The notes beneath the pieces are model-generated. The model was given only the letters and a program-made list of their open reading frames with translations, had not been told where the DNA came from and did no database searches. Source: Octopus vulgaris (Eukaryota). From it: 64,000 nucleotides of DNA. Below are positions 47,239-58,014 of the stretch, in pieces. Position 1 is the stretch's first letter; each line of letters opens with the position of its first letter. Location: NCBI GenBank assembly GCA_951406725.2, contig OX597816.1:93186001-93250000 (forward strand), read 5' to 3'. Made by a program: the position numbers and the translations under genes.

Positions 47239-47886
47239 GCTAAGTAAAAAGTAAGCAACATTTTGAACCACTTAGGGAATTTTCACCTATTGCAGGGTTT
47301 TTTGGAATGTAACACCTACGATAGTCAAGGGATTACTGTATATACATATGTAAGTGTGTGCATGTATGTATATATATATGCTTGTATCTATGTGTTTTTG
47401 TTTGTCCTTCACTACCACTTGACAACCAGTGTTTGTTTATGTTCCCCATAATTTAACGGCTTGTTAAAAAGAGACAGATACACTAAATAACCATATTTTA
47501 ACATGTATAAGGAACCCTTGTGTATAAGTAATCCCCTAATTTTGGGGACTTAAAATTTAGAAAAAAGGTTTTGTAAGAGGTTAGGTAAATTTTGGTAAGT
47601 GCTCCCATGTTTGCACTGGCTCCTGTGCCGGTGACACATAAAAAGTACCATACAAATGTGGCCAATGCCAATGTCGCCTGACTGGCTCTTGTGCCAGCGG
47701 TAGGTAAAAAGCACCCACTATACTCTCAGAATGATTCGTGTTAGGAAGGGCATCCAGCTGTAGAAACTTTGCCAGATCAGATTGGAGTCTGGTGCAATCT
47801 CCTGGCTTGCCAGTCTCCAATCAAACCATCCAACCCATGCCAGCATGGAAAACGGGTGTTCAACGATAATGATGATGACGATGATG

Positions 47887-47917
<31 letters not shown>

Positions 47918-49599
47918 ATGGACCTCTTTCAGTTTCCATCTACCAAATCCATTCATAAGGTTTTGGTCAGACTGGAGCTATAGAGAGAGACATCATGGTG
48001 CAATGTAGTTGAACCAGAAAGACAGACAGACAGACAGATAGATAGACAGATAACTAGATTAGATATGTCTGTGCATATGTGTGCACACATTCATATACAC
48101 AAAGACACAAATGGGCATTGGCCTTTCACACAGGGACAGAAGTAAACAACACACACCAAGCAAAAAAAAAAAGAAAGAAAAAAGGATGACATATTATACT
48201 AAACTAAGATTAAAGTCAAGCTCGTCAGATGTGATCTTTACATGAACTCACAACCCTTAAAACATGGACTGGGCCCAATAAGTGTTTTAAGGGATATGAG
48301 TTCGATAAAAGGTTATATCTATGGAGATTGTCATCAATTTTGATCTTATTAAAGACACTCAACAAGTGGAAAGCATGAAAGCACTTGGACTGCCTCAAAC
48401 AAGGAAACAAGCACTGCTGAGGTACAATGTTTTGTCCTTATTTTTTCTCTTTGTATAGAAAAGACTGTTCTTAACTGATCACAGAAATTAAGCAATATTG
48501 GGCATTAGTTCCCTTTTGGGAAACTTAGATGCTGTAAGTACAACCTGCTGTTGGCAGCATGAAGACCATCCAGCTGTAGAAGATCTGTCTCAGTGAATTC
48601 TATGTGATACATGCAAGCATGGGAAAGTTTGTTAAAACACTGATGAAGATGATGAAGGTTATGATGATGATGTGTGTGTGTGTGTGTTTATATGTGTTTC
48701 ATCAAGAAACCCCAAAACATTAGCACTATATGAATGATGTACATCACTGCGATATTTGTTATGTATTAGATAGACACTCCCTTGTCACTCTTGCTGTCAG
48801 AAATGCAGTGAACCAGTGATTGGCTTGTTGGGAATCTATAATCAATGATGCTATTGTTCATCAAATATAATATAAAATGAATAAAGAAATAATAAAGAAA
48901 TAAATTAACCCTTCACAACAGACAACACACACACAAAAAATATTATTTTGTAACAAAAAAAATCATTATTTTGCAATTTCTTATCATTCCACATTTCATT
49001 TAATATAATTTAGTTTATTGAAGGTTGGGGTTAGAGTTAGTGAAGCAAGTTAGGTCAGGGATGGGCTGAGTCAATAGAGCATCATGTTAAATGTATTACA
49101 GTATTTAGTTTTGTTACTCTAAATGCTGAGTTCTAATCCTTTATTAATAACTACATCTTTTGTTGAGTTGATAAGATGTATCCCAGTCCCATAAATAAAA
49201 TACTAGTAATATACTCTGGTCAGCTCTATACAGTAATATGCTTATGAAAAATAAACTGATGTATTCATATCATCATCATGAGAGAGGGCCAAGATATGTG
49301 GCACATTGCTATACACAAGAAGATCTGCCCATCACAACAGAATTGACATCTTAAGTGTGGTGGCAGGGTAACTGGAATGCCACCCTGTGATTTTTTAAAA
49401 ATCAAAGTGTCAAGTAAAAAGCATTGGTACTGGTTCTGGTGCCATGTAAAAGCACTGGTGCCCATGCCATGTAAAATTCACTGGTGATAGTGCCATGTAA
49501 AAAGCACCTATGCTAAAACAGACTTTGGAACATGGTGCAACCACTGGTCTTGCCAGTTCCTATCAAGCCATCCAGCCCATAGCAGCTTGGAAAATGGAT

Positions 49600-50030
49600 A
49601 TTCTTTTCTACTCTAGGCACAAGGCCCGAAATTTTGGGGGGAGGGGGGGCAGTATATTTGATCAACTGCAGTATGCAACTGGTGCTTAATTTATCGACCC
49701 CGAATGGATGAAAGGCAAAGTCGATCTCGGTGGAATTTGAACTCAGAATGTAAAGAAATATTGCAAAGCATTTCGCCAAGTGTGCTAACGTTTCTAATTT
49801 CTTTACAGCCCACAAGGGGCTACACACAGAGGGGACAAACAAGGACAGACAAACAGATTAAGTCGATTATATCGACCCCAGTGTGTAACTGGTACTTATT
49901 TAATCGACCCCGAAAGGATGAAAAGCAAAGTCGACCTCAGCAGAATTTGAACTCAGAATGTAGCAGCAGACGAAATACTGCTAAGCATTTCGCTTGGCAT
50001 GCTAACACTTCTGCCAGCTCGCCGCCTTTC
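49600..50030 (-). mobile_element. Two adjacent SINE family B copies
   Basis: TCGACCCCGAA.GGATGAAA.GCAAAGTCGA..TC...GAATTTGAACTCAGAATGT occurs twice, at about 49694 and 49904. Confidence 0.8.
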
Positions 50031-51249
50031 GAAAATGGATATTAAGTGATGATGGTGATCATCATCATCATTATCATCATTTTACATTCATTTTTCCCTT
50101 ACTGTCATGGATTGGATGTGCTAGACAGTGGCTTGTTACATATTGTGGTTCTTCATCCTCTAATTTACACATTCTCTAGCTTACAACAAAGATAAAACTG
50201 CTGAAAGCATATTATTTTTGGCAGAGTTTTTATGGCTAAATGCCATCCTTACCTATTAGAAAACACTGTATCACATGGACTTGAAGCATTTTAATCTTCA
50301 TATATACAAACACACACATATATACATATATATATTGGGGCTCAGTCCTCTATGAGGAATCTTGGGCAAGTGTTTTCTACTGTAGCCCTGGGTTAAACAA
50401 TGCTTTGTGTATGAATTGAGTACATGGAGACTGTTCAAAGCCCATTGAATATTGTCATCATCATCATCGTCGACATCATCATCCTTGTCGTTGTTGTTGT
50501 TGTCATCATCATTGCTATCATTATTCTACATCTGCTTTCTATGCTGGTAAGGGAAGGATAGATCATCAGGGTTGAAATCAACACATACTCAAGACATACT
50601 GCTAACCAACGCAGATTAGTGGATCACATTTTGCCCACATTTCAGTTTTGGTTTGCTTTTTACAGCTGGATGTTCTTCCAAACTCTTTAAAGAATAAAAA
50701 GCATGAATGATAGAAGAGAAACAGGTAGTTATGAGAGATGTGCGATATGAGATGGAATATTAAGAGTATTCATTACTCTAGGATAGCTAAGTATAGTTAA
50801 GACAGTATATCTGAAATGGTTGGTAGATGACAGAAGTTGTCATTACTTGGAGATGGAGCAATGAAAGTGACCCAGGATACGTGGGGGAAAAAGAGCAAGA
50901 GTAAGATTGTAGACAGATTAAAACAGTATGTGAAATGCACAAAAGCATGAAAGTGTAAATGTAGAGTGAACTGGGCACAAATGATTGGGGTCTATTTTGC
51001 AAGTTCTCTTAGTATAAGCACTTATTGCTCTTGTGCACCTGCAACTTATGAAGTATAACTTCTACAAAATACGTGTGTGTGTGTTCTGTTTTTAATCATT
51101 TAAATTCTTCCTCTGAAGAAAAAGCTGGTCTCTAACAAAGATACAAAGCTCCATTATTGGAATGTAGATAACGTAAACAATGCATGCATGCATGTATGTA
51201 TGCATGTGTGTGTGTATATGTGTGTATCTATGTATGTTTAGTATGTATA

Positions 51250-51482
51250 TATACTTTATTTATGGGATAACCAGACTACCCTTAGTTTTATGTTAATAGC
51301 TATATCTCTCAACAGTCAGTTAACTCTGCTACATGGGACATTGGTGTTCATCACCATCTTGTTTTTAGTGAAGATAGAGACAAACACTAACGTCCCATGT
51401 GACAGACTTGAATAATTGTTGAGAGATATCTCTCTCAAGATGAAACAAATGGTAGTTTGGTTATCTCATAAATAAAGAATAT
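51250..51482. repeat. Degenerate fold-back element, about 230 bp
   Basis: CTTTATTTATGGGATAACCAGACTACC pairs with GGTAGTTTGGTTATCTCATAAATAAAG; inner pairs TATCTCTCAACA/TGTTGAGAGATA and ACATGGGAC/GTCCCATGT. Confidence 0.75.
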
Positions 51483-52259
51483 TTATTCAATAATGCTGAG
51501 CGTTTGTTCCCGCTGTTCATAATTAACATTTGTATGTGTGTAGTCACCAGCATGGAAGGCGGACATTAAATGATGATGAATCAATTTAAATAAATGAATA
51601 ATAGAATTAACAGACAGTAGGAGGACATGCACAAGGAATGTAGTAGTTTGACTCTTGGTAAAAGAAGAGAGTTTGACATTTCTAGCATAGCTCTTCATCA
51701 GAAAGGAGAAAGGGAAAAATTCAAAGAAGGAAAAGAAATCACCAACAGCACAAGTAATTACACTGTATATGTTTGGTTGTATTGCTTTCAGGTCAAATCA
51801 AATATGCTTGGGACAGCCTTTTGTAATCTTTTCAAGAAATGCCTCATTTTTCCTCATCTGCCCTGACCATGTGGCATATGGCCAGCTTCCATAAGCCATC
51901 ACCACAGCTGGAATACAATGATACACAGGAACCAATTTGGAAAATTGAGCAACATGACAAAACAGTCTGAGCTGATGTTCCTAGAAGCATACAAGCAACA
52001 GATCACATTCTTGTTTCTGAGAACATTCATTGGTTGGATATAAAATTTGGCCCTTGGTAACCCATAGTCCTGCAAAGTGTCCTGATACTGCAGGAGTCCA
52101 TGGGTCTTCTAAGGGCCCCAGACGGTATCAAGTCTTGCTACAACAGAGCAAGACAGGAAGGTCCAGAGACTTGAACCTTTGTCCTTTTGCTCAGATATTG
52201 ACAGCACCAATCACCATTGCCCATTGAGTCCAAAACTGTGCCAGCATGTCCAAGTCACT

Positions 52260-52770
52260 TTAAGACTTTGGATGCACAGCTAATGCTTTTATGGATCCCA
52301 CTACAAAGATAAATGAAGCAGTCAACATTGACATTCTCATCTGCTACCAAGACAAACAAAATGACATTCAACACCTCTAAATCAGTTGGAGCAAGGTTTT
52401 TTCAGCAAAAATATTTTCATGGACATCAAAGACTTCCTAAGCATATTCTATATGGAAATTGTGTTCTAGAAAAAGACTTCCTTACAAACCAAAATCAAGG
52501 TGCAAGGACTGACTTATCTAGTTGAAAAAAAGATAATATTTATGTATGAGGTTGAGAAATAACTGGAGTTCTTAAGACATCAAGTGGGTAAAACATTGAT
52601 TGTGTCCTTACATTTTGAAGAGAATCATATTAGATACCGAAAATTAAAATGAAACTCAAGGAAAGGAAATCACATTGATTTCCATAATTCCTTCAAGTAT
52701 ATCCACCCTATCACAAATATTGTCTATCTAAGGCCAATTTTTATTAGTCATTCTAGGATACATAAATAAA
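52260..52770 (+). mobile_element. Highly decayed RTE/BovB-like LINE remnant
   Basis: FSSATK...TFNTSK, RLPKHILYG, FEEN and terminal ISHSRIHK* resemble the RTE C-terminal consensus. Confidence 0.5.
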
Positions 52771-53163
52771 GCAAGTTAATAATAGATCTTTGCTAGCTGA
52801 AACGGCTAGTCATGGGAAAAAAATTATGATGAGTGAAATGATACATATTTGAACATAATGTGAAACATGATTCTGCAATACTTTTAGCTAAAGAGAAAAT
52901 TTAATATGGCAGTTGTAGCAAAAGCTAATGATCATCAACAGGACTAAAACGTTATCTTTGCTTCACAACTACATAGTTTTGGGTTCAGTCCACTTGTATA
53001 ACACCATGTACAACAGCCCAACAGCCTTGGGCTGACAATTGCCTTGGGCTGACAATTGCCTTGCGAGGAAGCTAGGCATATATGTATGTATTCATATGTG
53101 TGTGTGTGTATGTATATATATATATATATACTTTATTTTAAGCAGCAGAAAATTCAACAAAAT

Positions 53164-53201
53164 CTGTTACTCTGAGTTTCTCGTTGCCGTTCATCAGACA
53201 G
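53164..53201 (-). ncRNA. Minimal type I hammerhead ribozyme motif, mirror copy
   Basis: Exact reverse complement of 54298-54335. Confidence 0.72.
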
Positions 53202-54297
53202 TTTTTGCTAGAATGGAACATATATATTAATTCAATCTATACTCTTACAAACGCTACACCTTTAAAAAGAAATGGACTTGTTTGATTGGCCCTTTAGAAA
53301 AAACGGTCAATCTTCGAGCGATAAACAAAAAGGTCAAAAATATATGTATATAAATATAAAAAACTTATAAAAATTATAAAATCCGAGGAAAAAACCGAGG
53401 AAAAAACCTATTGCCGTTAATGAAGACAGTACAAATTAATGCATAGAAATTAAACCTGTTATAAATACTGCAATACATATTTATATTAAAATCCACATAT
53501 ATATATCAACATACACAAAAGGATGCGCGTAAACGCCATACATACATATACAGACGTATGAATATGAATCTAAATTATACACATAAAAGCATGTGTACAT
53601 ATATTCACGCAAACCGTCTCGCACGCAAGCTAAAATTCATCTATGTAGCAATTCTCATATACTGAGCAAGGAGGGGGAACGAAAGAAAGGGAAAGAGAGA
53701 AAAAGGAACGAAGGAGGGGTGGGGATCCCAGTGGGGTAACTGACTAAATGATTTACAGAAGGAGAGGTGGGGATCCCCACCCCTCATTCGTTCCTTTTTC
53801 TCTCTTTCCCTTTCTTTCGTTCCCCCTCCTTGCTCAGTATATGAGAATTGCTACATAGATGAATTTTAGCTTGCGTGCGAGACGGTTTGCGTGAATATAT
53901 GTACACATGTTTTTATGTGTATAATTTAGATTCATATTCATACGTCTGTATATGTATGTATGGCGTTTACGCGCATCCTTTTGTGTATGTTGATATATAT
54001 ATGTGGATTTTAATATAAATATGTATTGCAGTATTTATAACAGGTTTAATTTCTATGCATTAATTTGTACTGTCTTCATTAACGGCAATAGGTTTTTTCC
54101 TCGGTTTTTTCCTCGGATTTTATAATTTTTATAAGTTTTTTATATTTATATACATATATTTTTGACCTTTTTGTTTATCGCTCGAAGATTGACCGTTTTT
54201 TCTAAAGGGCCAATCAAACAAGTCCATTTCTTTTTAAAGGTGTAGCGTTTGTAAGAGTATAGATTGAATTAATATATATGTTCCATTCTAGCAAAAA

Positions 54298-54335
54298 CTG
54301 TCTGATGAACGGCAACGAGAAACTCAGAGTAACAG
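54298..54335 (+). ncRNA. Minimal type I hammerhead ribozyme motif
   Basis: CTGT-CTGATGA-ACGGCAACGA-GAAA-CTCAGAG-TA-ACAG: stem I CTGT/ACAG, intact core, short stem II (CG/CG, GCAA loop, A.A closing mismatch), stem III CTC/GAG, GUA cleavage triplet. Confidence 0.72.
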
Positions 54336-54437
54336 ATTTTGTTGAATTTTCTGCTGCTTAAAATAAAGCATATTACTCTACCACTGGTATTTGAGTACTC
54401 TTTTTTCCACCTTGTTTCACATTTATGTGTTTACACC

Positions 54438-54494
<57 letters not shown>

Positions 54495-54501
<7 letters not shown>

Positions 54502-55740
54502 CAAAATGGGAACGCAAAACATCTGGACAGCTAGGTGATACAAAAAAGGGACAACAAAACATCTAAATAGACGATACAAAGACAACAAGGACGGGTCATT
54601 CGAAGTTTTCTTTCATCGGTCAAGTACCAGATTTTCTTCGCAATATCGGCTGATTATTCTTGAGATTGCTCCAATATGGCCATCCCCAAGGAAAAACTAA
54701 GTTAAGAGCATTAGATTCCTTGGAAGAAAGCAGCGAATGTATACAGAAACAAAGACGGAAAAAACGGAAAATGTTACACAAATATAAATACAATAAAAAT
54801 AATAACAGGATATAATAACAGGTGTCTTTCGACTAAGGATGAATTGAATTAAGCTGGCGTGTGTGGAAATGAAGCGGAAAAAGGGTTCGAAATTTTGAAA
54901 ATTAAGGCAAGATTTTTGAAGTTGAAAAAATTTCTCATTTTTATGTATTTTTGCCTTTTATTTTTTATTGTTTACAGATTTCATTTTTTCTGAAAGAAAT
55001 TTACAGCTGCATGTAGCTCGTGTTTATTTGCATGGTCAATCGTCGAAAAATAAGTACTAAATTTAACAAAGAAATCCTTTTTTTCCTTATTTTTAATCGT
55101 TCAAATAGTGGAACGTACAAAAGGCAAGTGTGCTTTCCGTTGTCATTGCCTGGTATTTATGATTGAGCTTTCAAAATATTTTCTTTCCCAACTTACTGAA
55201 GATCTTTTGCTTTTTATAAATGGGAGAGAAATAGATAGAGAAAAATAGAGAGTAAGAGAAAGCTAGGGACAGTCTGAGAGAAATGAAGTGTAAGAGAGTG
55301 GGAAAGTGAGAGAGAAACAAAGAGGGAGAATGTGGCGATAAGAAACAAAGGAACCAACAGAAAGTAACAACCACACCCTCACCCGCGCGTAGATCGGGTC
55401 GCCATAAGCTAGCATATATATATATAAATACAAAATGGGACAAGAACTCAAAACATCCGGACATCTAGGTGATACAAAATGAGATAACAAAACATCCAGA
55501 CAGACGATACAAAGAAAACAAGGATGGGTCATTGATCTTTCAAAATAAGTTAAGAGCATTAGATTCCTAGGAAGAAAGTAGCGAATGTATACAAAAACAA
55601 GAACGGAAAAAAAAAACGGACAATGTTACACAAATATAAATACAATAAAAAAATACAATAAAAATAATAACAGGATATAATAACAGGTGTCTTTCGGCTA
55701 AGGACGAATTGAATTAAGCTAGCGCGTGTGAAAATGAAGT
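54495..55740. repeat. Two diverged direct repeats, probably PLE pLTR-like
   Basis: About 54495-54876 and 55420-55740 share AAAACATC.GGACA.CTAGGTGATACAAAA...TAAGTTAAGAGCATTAGATTCC...ATAACAGGTGTCTTTCG; the second copy lacks about 95 bp; each starts at a TA run. Confidence 0.8.
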
Positions 55741-56672
55741 GGGTTCGAATTGACATGAAAAAACGTAACGTATATTGAATGTAAAAACGAATGGAAGACA
55801 AATACAAGGTCCATATTTCTTCAGTTATTGACCAATTGGTACTGTTTGGTTTCACACCTTTAATGATAAAACTGAGTGCTTCCCAATTGGTGGTGCACGC
55901 GAGAAAAGTTTTCTTGCATAGAATTAAGGACAAGAACAAACAAAACAAACAAAACGACATAGAGTGTGATTTAGAATGGTGGACGAACATGAACAGTTGA
56001 ACAAAATATAGCCTTGGGGCCAAGGAGACGAGAATAGTGGGTAACGCTTAGAAAATGTATCTAAGGATGGAGAATGGAGATAGTTTGCAAATGGTCAGCT
56101 AAGAGACCTGTCTAAGAAAGGATGAAAAATGGGAACTGGCCACGTGACAGCAGCAGGCTGAGGAGAAAGACAGTAATACTGCGTTGATGGTAATACTGCA
56201 TTCAAAAATATCACTTCTTTGTCTATCATACAACACACATGCGGCACTTCTAAAAAGACAAATGTAAGCCTGTTTATATATACATGTGGTTTATATATAT
56301 ATATATATAAGTTTTAGAGACAGAACCACCTTCTACTCAATCAACACTGAAAGATTTTATATCCGACCACTCCATAAAATGTTAAATATTAAATATTATA
56401 CTACCTATATCTATTCTGAATCCCGTATTTTCCGTTTATAAGACTACACTATTTCATGAAAGTACGTCGGTATTGATTAGATACGAGGTATCTAGTTTCA
56501 ATACTTAATCAGGTCGACATACTCCCAATCTTCAGGTCTGGATTCCTCAACATTTTTCACTACCTCCACCTTTTATATACCTCCATGATACTCTATATCT
56601 TCAATATAATCTTCTTTAACAGATACAAATGAATTGAAATACCAACAATAAATAAAATTAATAACTGAATAT

Positions 56673-56940
56673 TAAAAATTTAAGGAATAAAAATTCAAGG
56701 AATAAAAATTCCAGGAATAAAATTTAAGGAATAAAATTCAAGCAATAAACATTTAAGGAATAAAAATTTAAGGAGTAAAAATTCAAGGAATAAAAATTCA
56801 AGGAATAAAAATTCAAGGAATAAACATTTAAGGAATAAAAATTTAAGGAGTAAAAATTCAAGGAATAAACGTTTAAGGAATAAAATTCAAGGAATAAAAA
56901 TTTAAGGAATAAAAATTTAAGGAGTAAAAATGCAAGGAAT
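56673..56940 (+). repeat. 15-bp minisatellite (TAAAAATTYAAGGAA), about 18 units
   Basis: Directly visible; only 2-3 inverted units at the matching position of the right TIR (62625-62670). Confidence 0.9.
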
Positions 56941-57276
56941 AGACAAGGAATAGACATTTAAGGAGTTTAAGGAAAAAATTTAAAGAGAAAAAAATACGAG
57001 TAAAAATTACGAATAACGAATAAAGAATTGCGAATAAACAAATACGAAATAAAAATGAAAAATAATGAAACAACAATGAAATAATAATGAAATAAGAATA
57101 GAGACGAAAATAAAACGAATCTTAACTTATCTTTTCTTTCCTCGGCGAAAATTAGACATAGCTACATCTTGCAACTAAGGTAAAATCCGCGTTTGATAAT
57201 ACCTATGTACAAGAGGTGCTACAAATAAATGTCAAAAAGTTCTACTGGTGTCTATTCCTTTATATAGTACTGTCAG

Positions 57277-57739
57277 GTGATGTTAGGCCTGGAGGACAAG
57301 GTTACTGTCCTCCAGGCTACAGTAGAGGAGGAGGAGGAGGAGGAGTATTGGCAAGGCCAATGCATCTCAATGGCGATGCAGGCGGAGGTTGTATCTAGAG
57401 ACATTGAGGATCAGCGAGGAGGAGAGGGTGATAGTGTTTGTGGAGGGCAGAAAGCCGAGGTGTTTCGGCTGCGGTAAAAAGGGGCACGTGAGAGCGGAGT
57501 GCCAACTTAGGCCGCAGGAAGCAGCACCGCCAGAAAAAGAAAAACCAGAAGCGAAAACACCAGAAACTACAGAATCAACAGAAAACAAAGAAGCAACAGA
57601 AACAACAAGCGGCGAGGAAAAGGAAAAAGTGGAGGGGTGGTCAAAAATCACCATGAAAAATACGGAAAACAGAAACCACCCCTCAGAAAGAGAGCCAAAA
57701 AAGGAGAAAAGAAACTACGAATACATTTATAGCCATTAA
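57277..57739 (+). pseudogene. LINE ORF1 C-terminal remnant with gag-like zinc knuckle
   Basis: VIVFVEGRKPRCFGCGKKGHVRAEC (CX2CX4HX4C) followed by an E/K/T-rich tail; frameshift near 57390. Confidence 0.82.
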
Positions 57740-58014
57740 GGCAGCCAACAACAGGCTAATTAACTTTTTGGCAGCTATGGCAAAGGTGGAAAAAATTTAA
57801 AAAAAACGAAAGACTTTATTGTTTATAGAATAGGCCGGAAGGATTACGGACGGATAAAGTCCGAATTTTTTCATGACGTGGACCCTCTGAGATTGGACAA
57901 ATCTCCATATATATACGAGGGCCTGCGTCGGACTCCTCCACGAGCCCAGGAAAAAGAAAGTGAAGAAAAAAGTGAAGAAAAAGAACAAGTCGAACCACTG
58001 ATATAAGGTAAGCC

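Larger units (their letters stand above)
53131..54368. repeat. 1238-bp near-perfect palindrome (595-bp arms, 48-bp apex insert), probably an inverted Penelope pLTR pair
   Basis: 53131-53725 is the reverse complement of 53774-54368 with no net indel and two mismatches noticed; the right arm runs on unpaired to about 54438; (TA)n on both flanks. Confidence 0.95.

Noticed and set aside
54590-54675. Hammerhead-like remnants on the minus strand
   Set aside because: Core nucleotides are altered (CCGATGA...CGAAT; CTCAAGA...CGATA), too degenerate to call.
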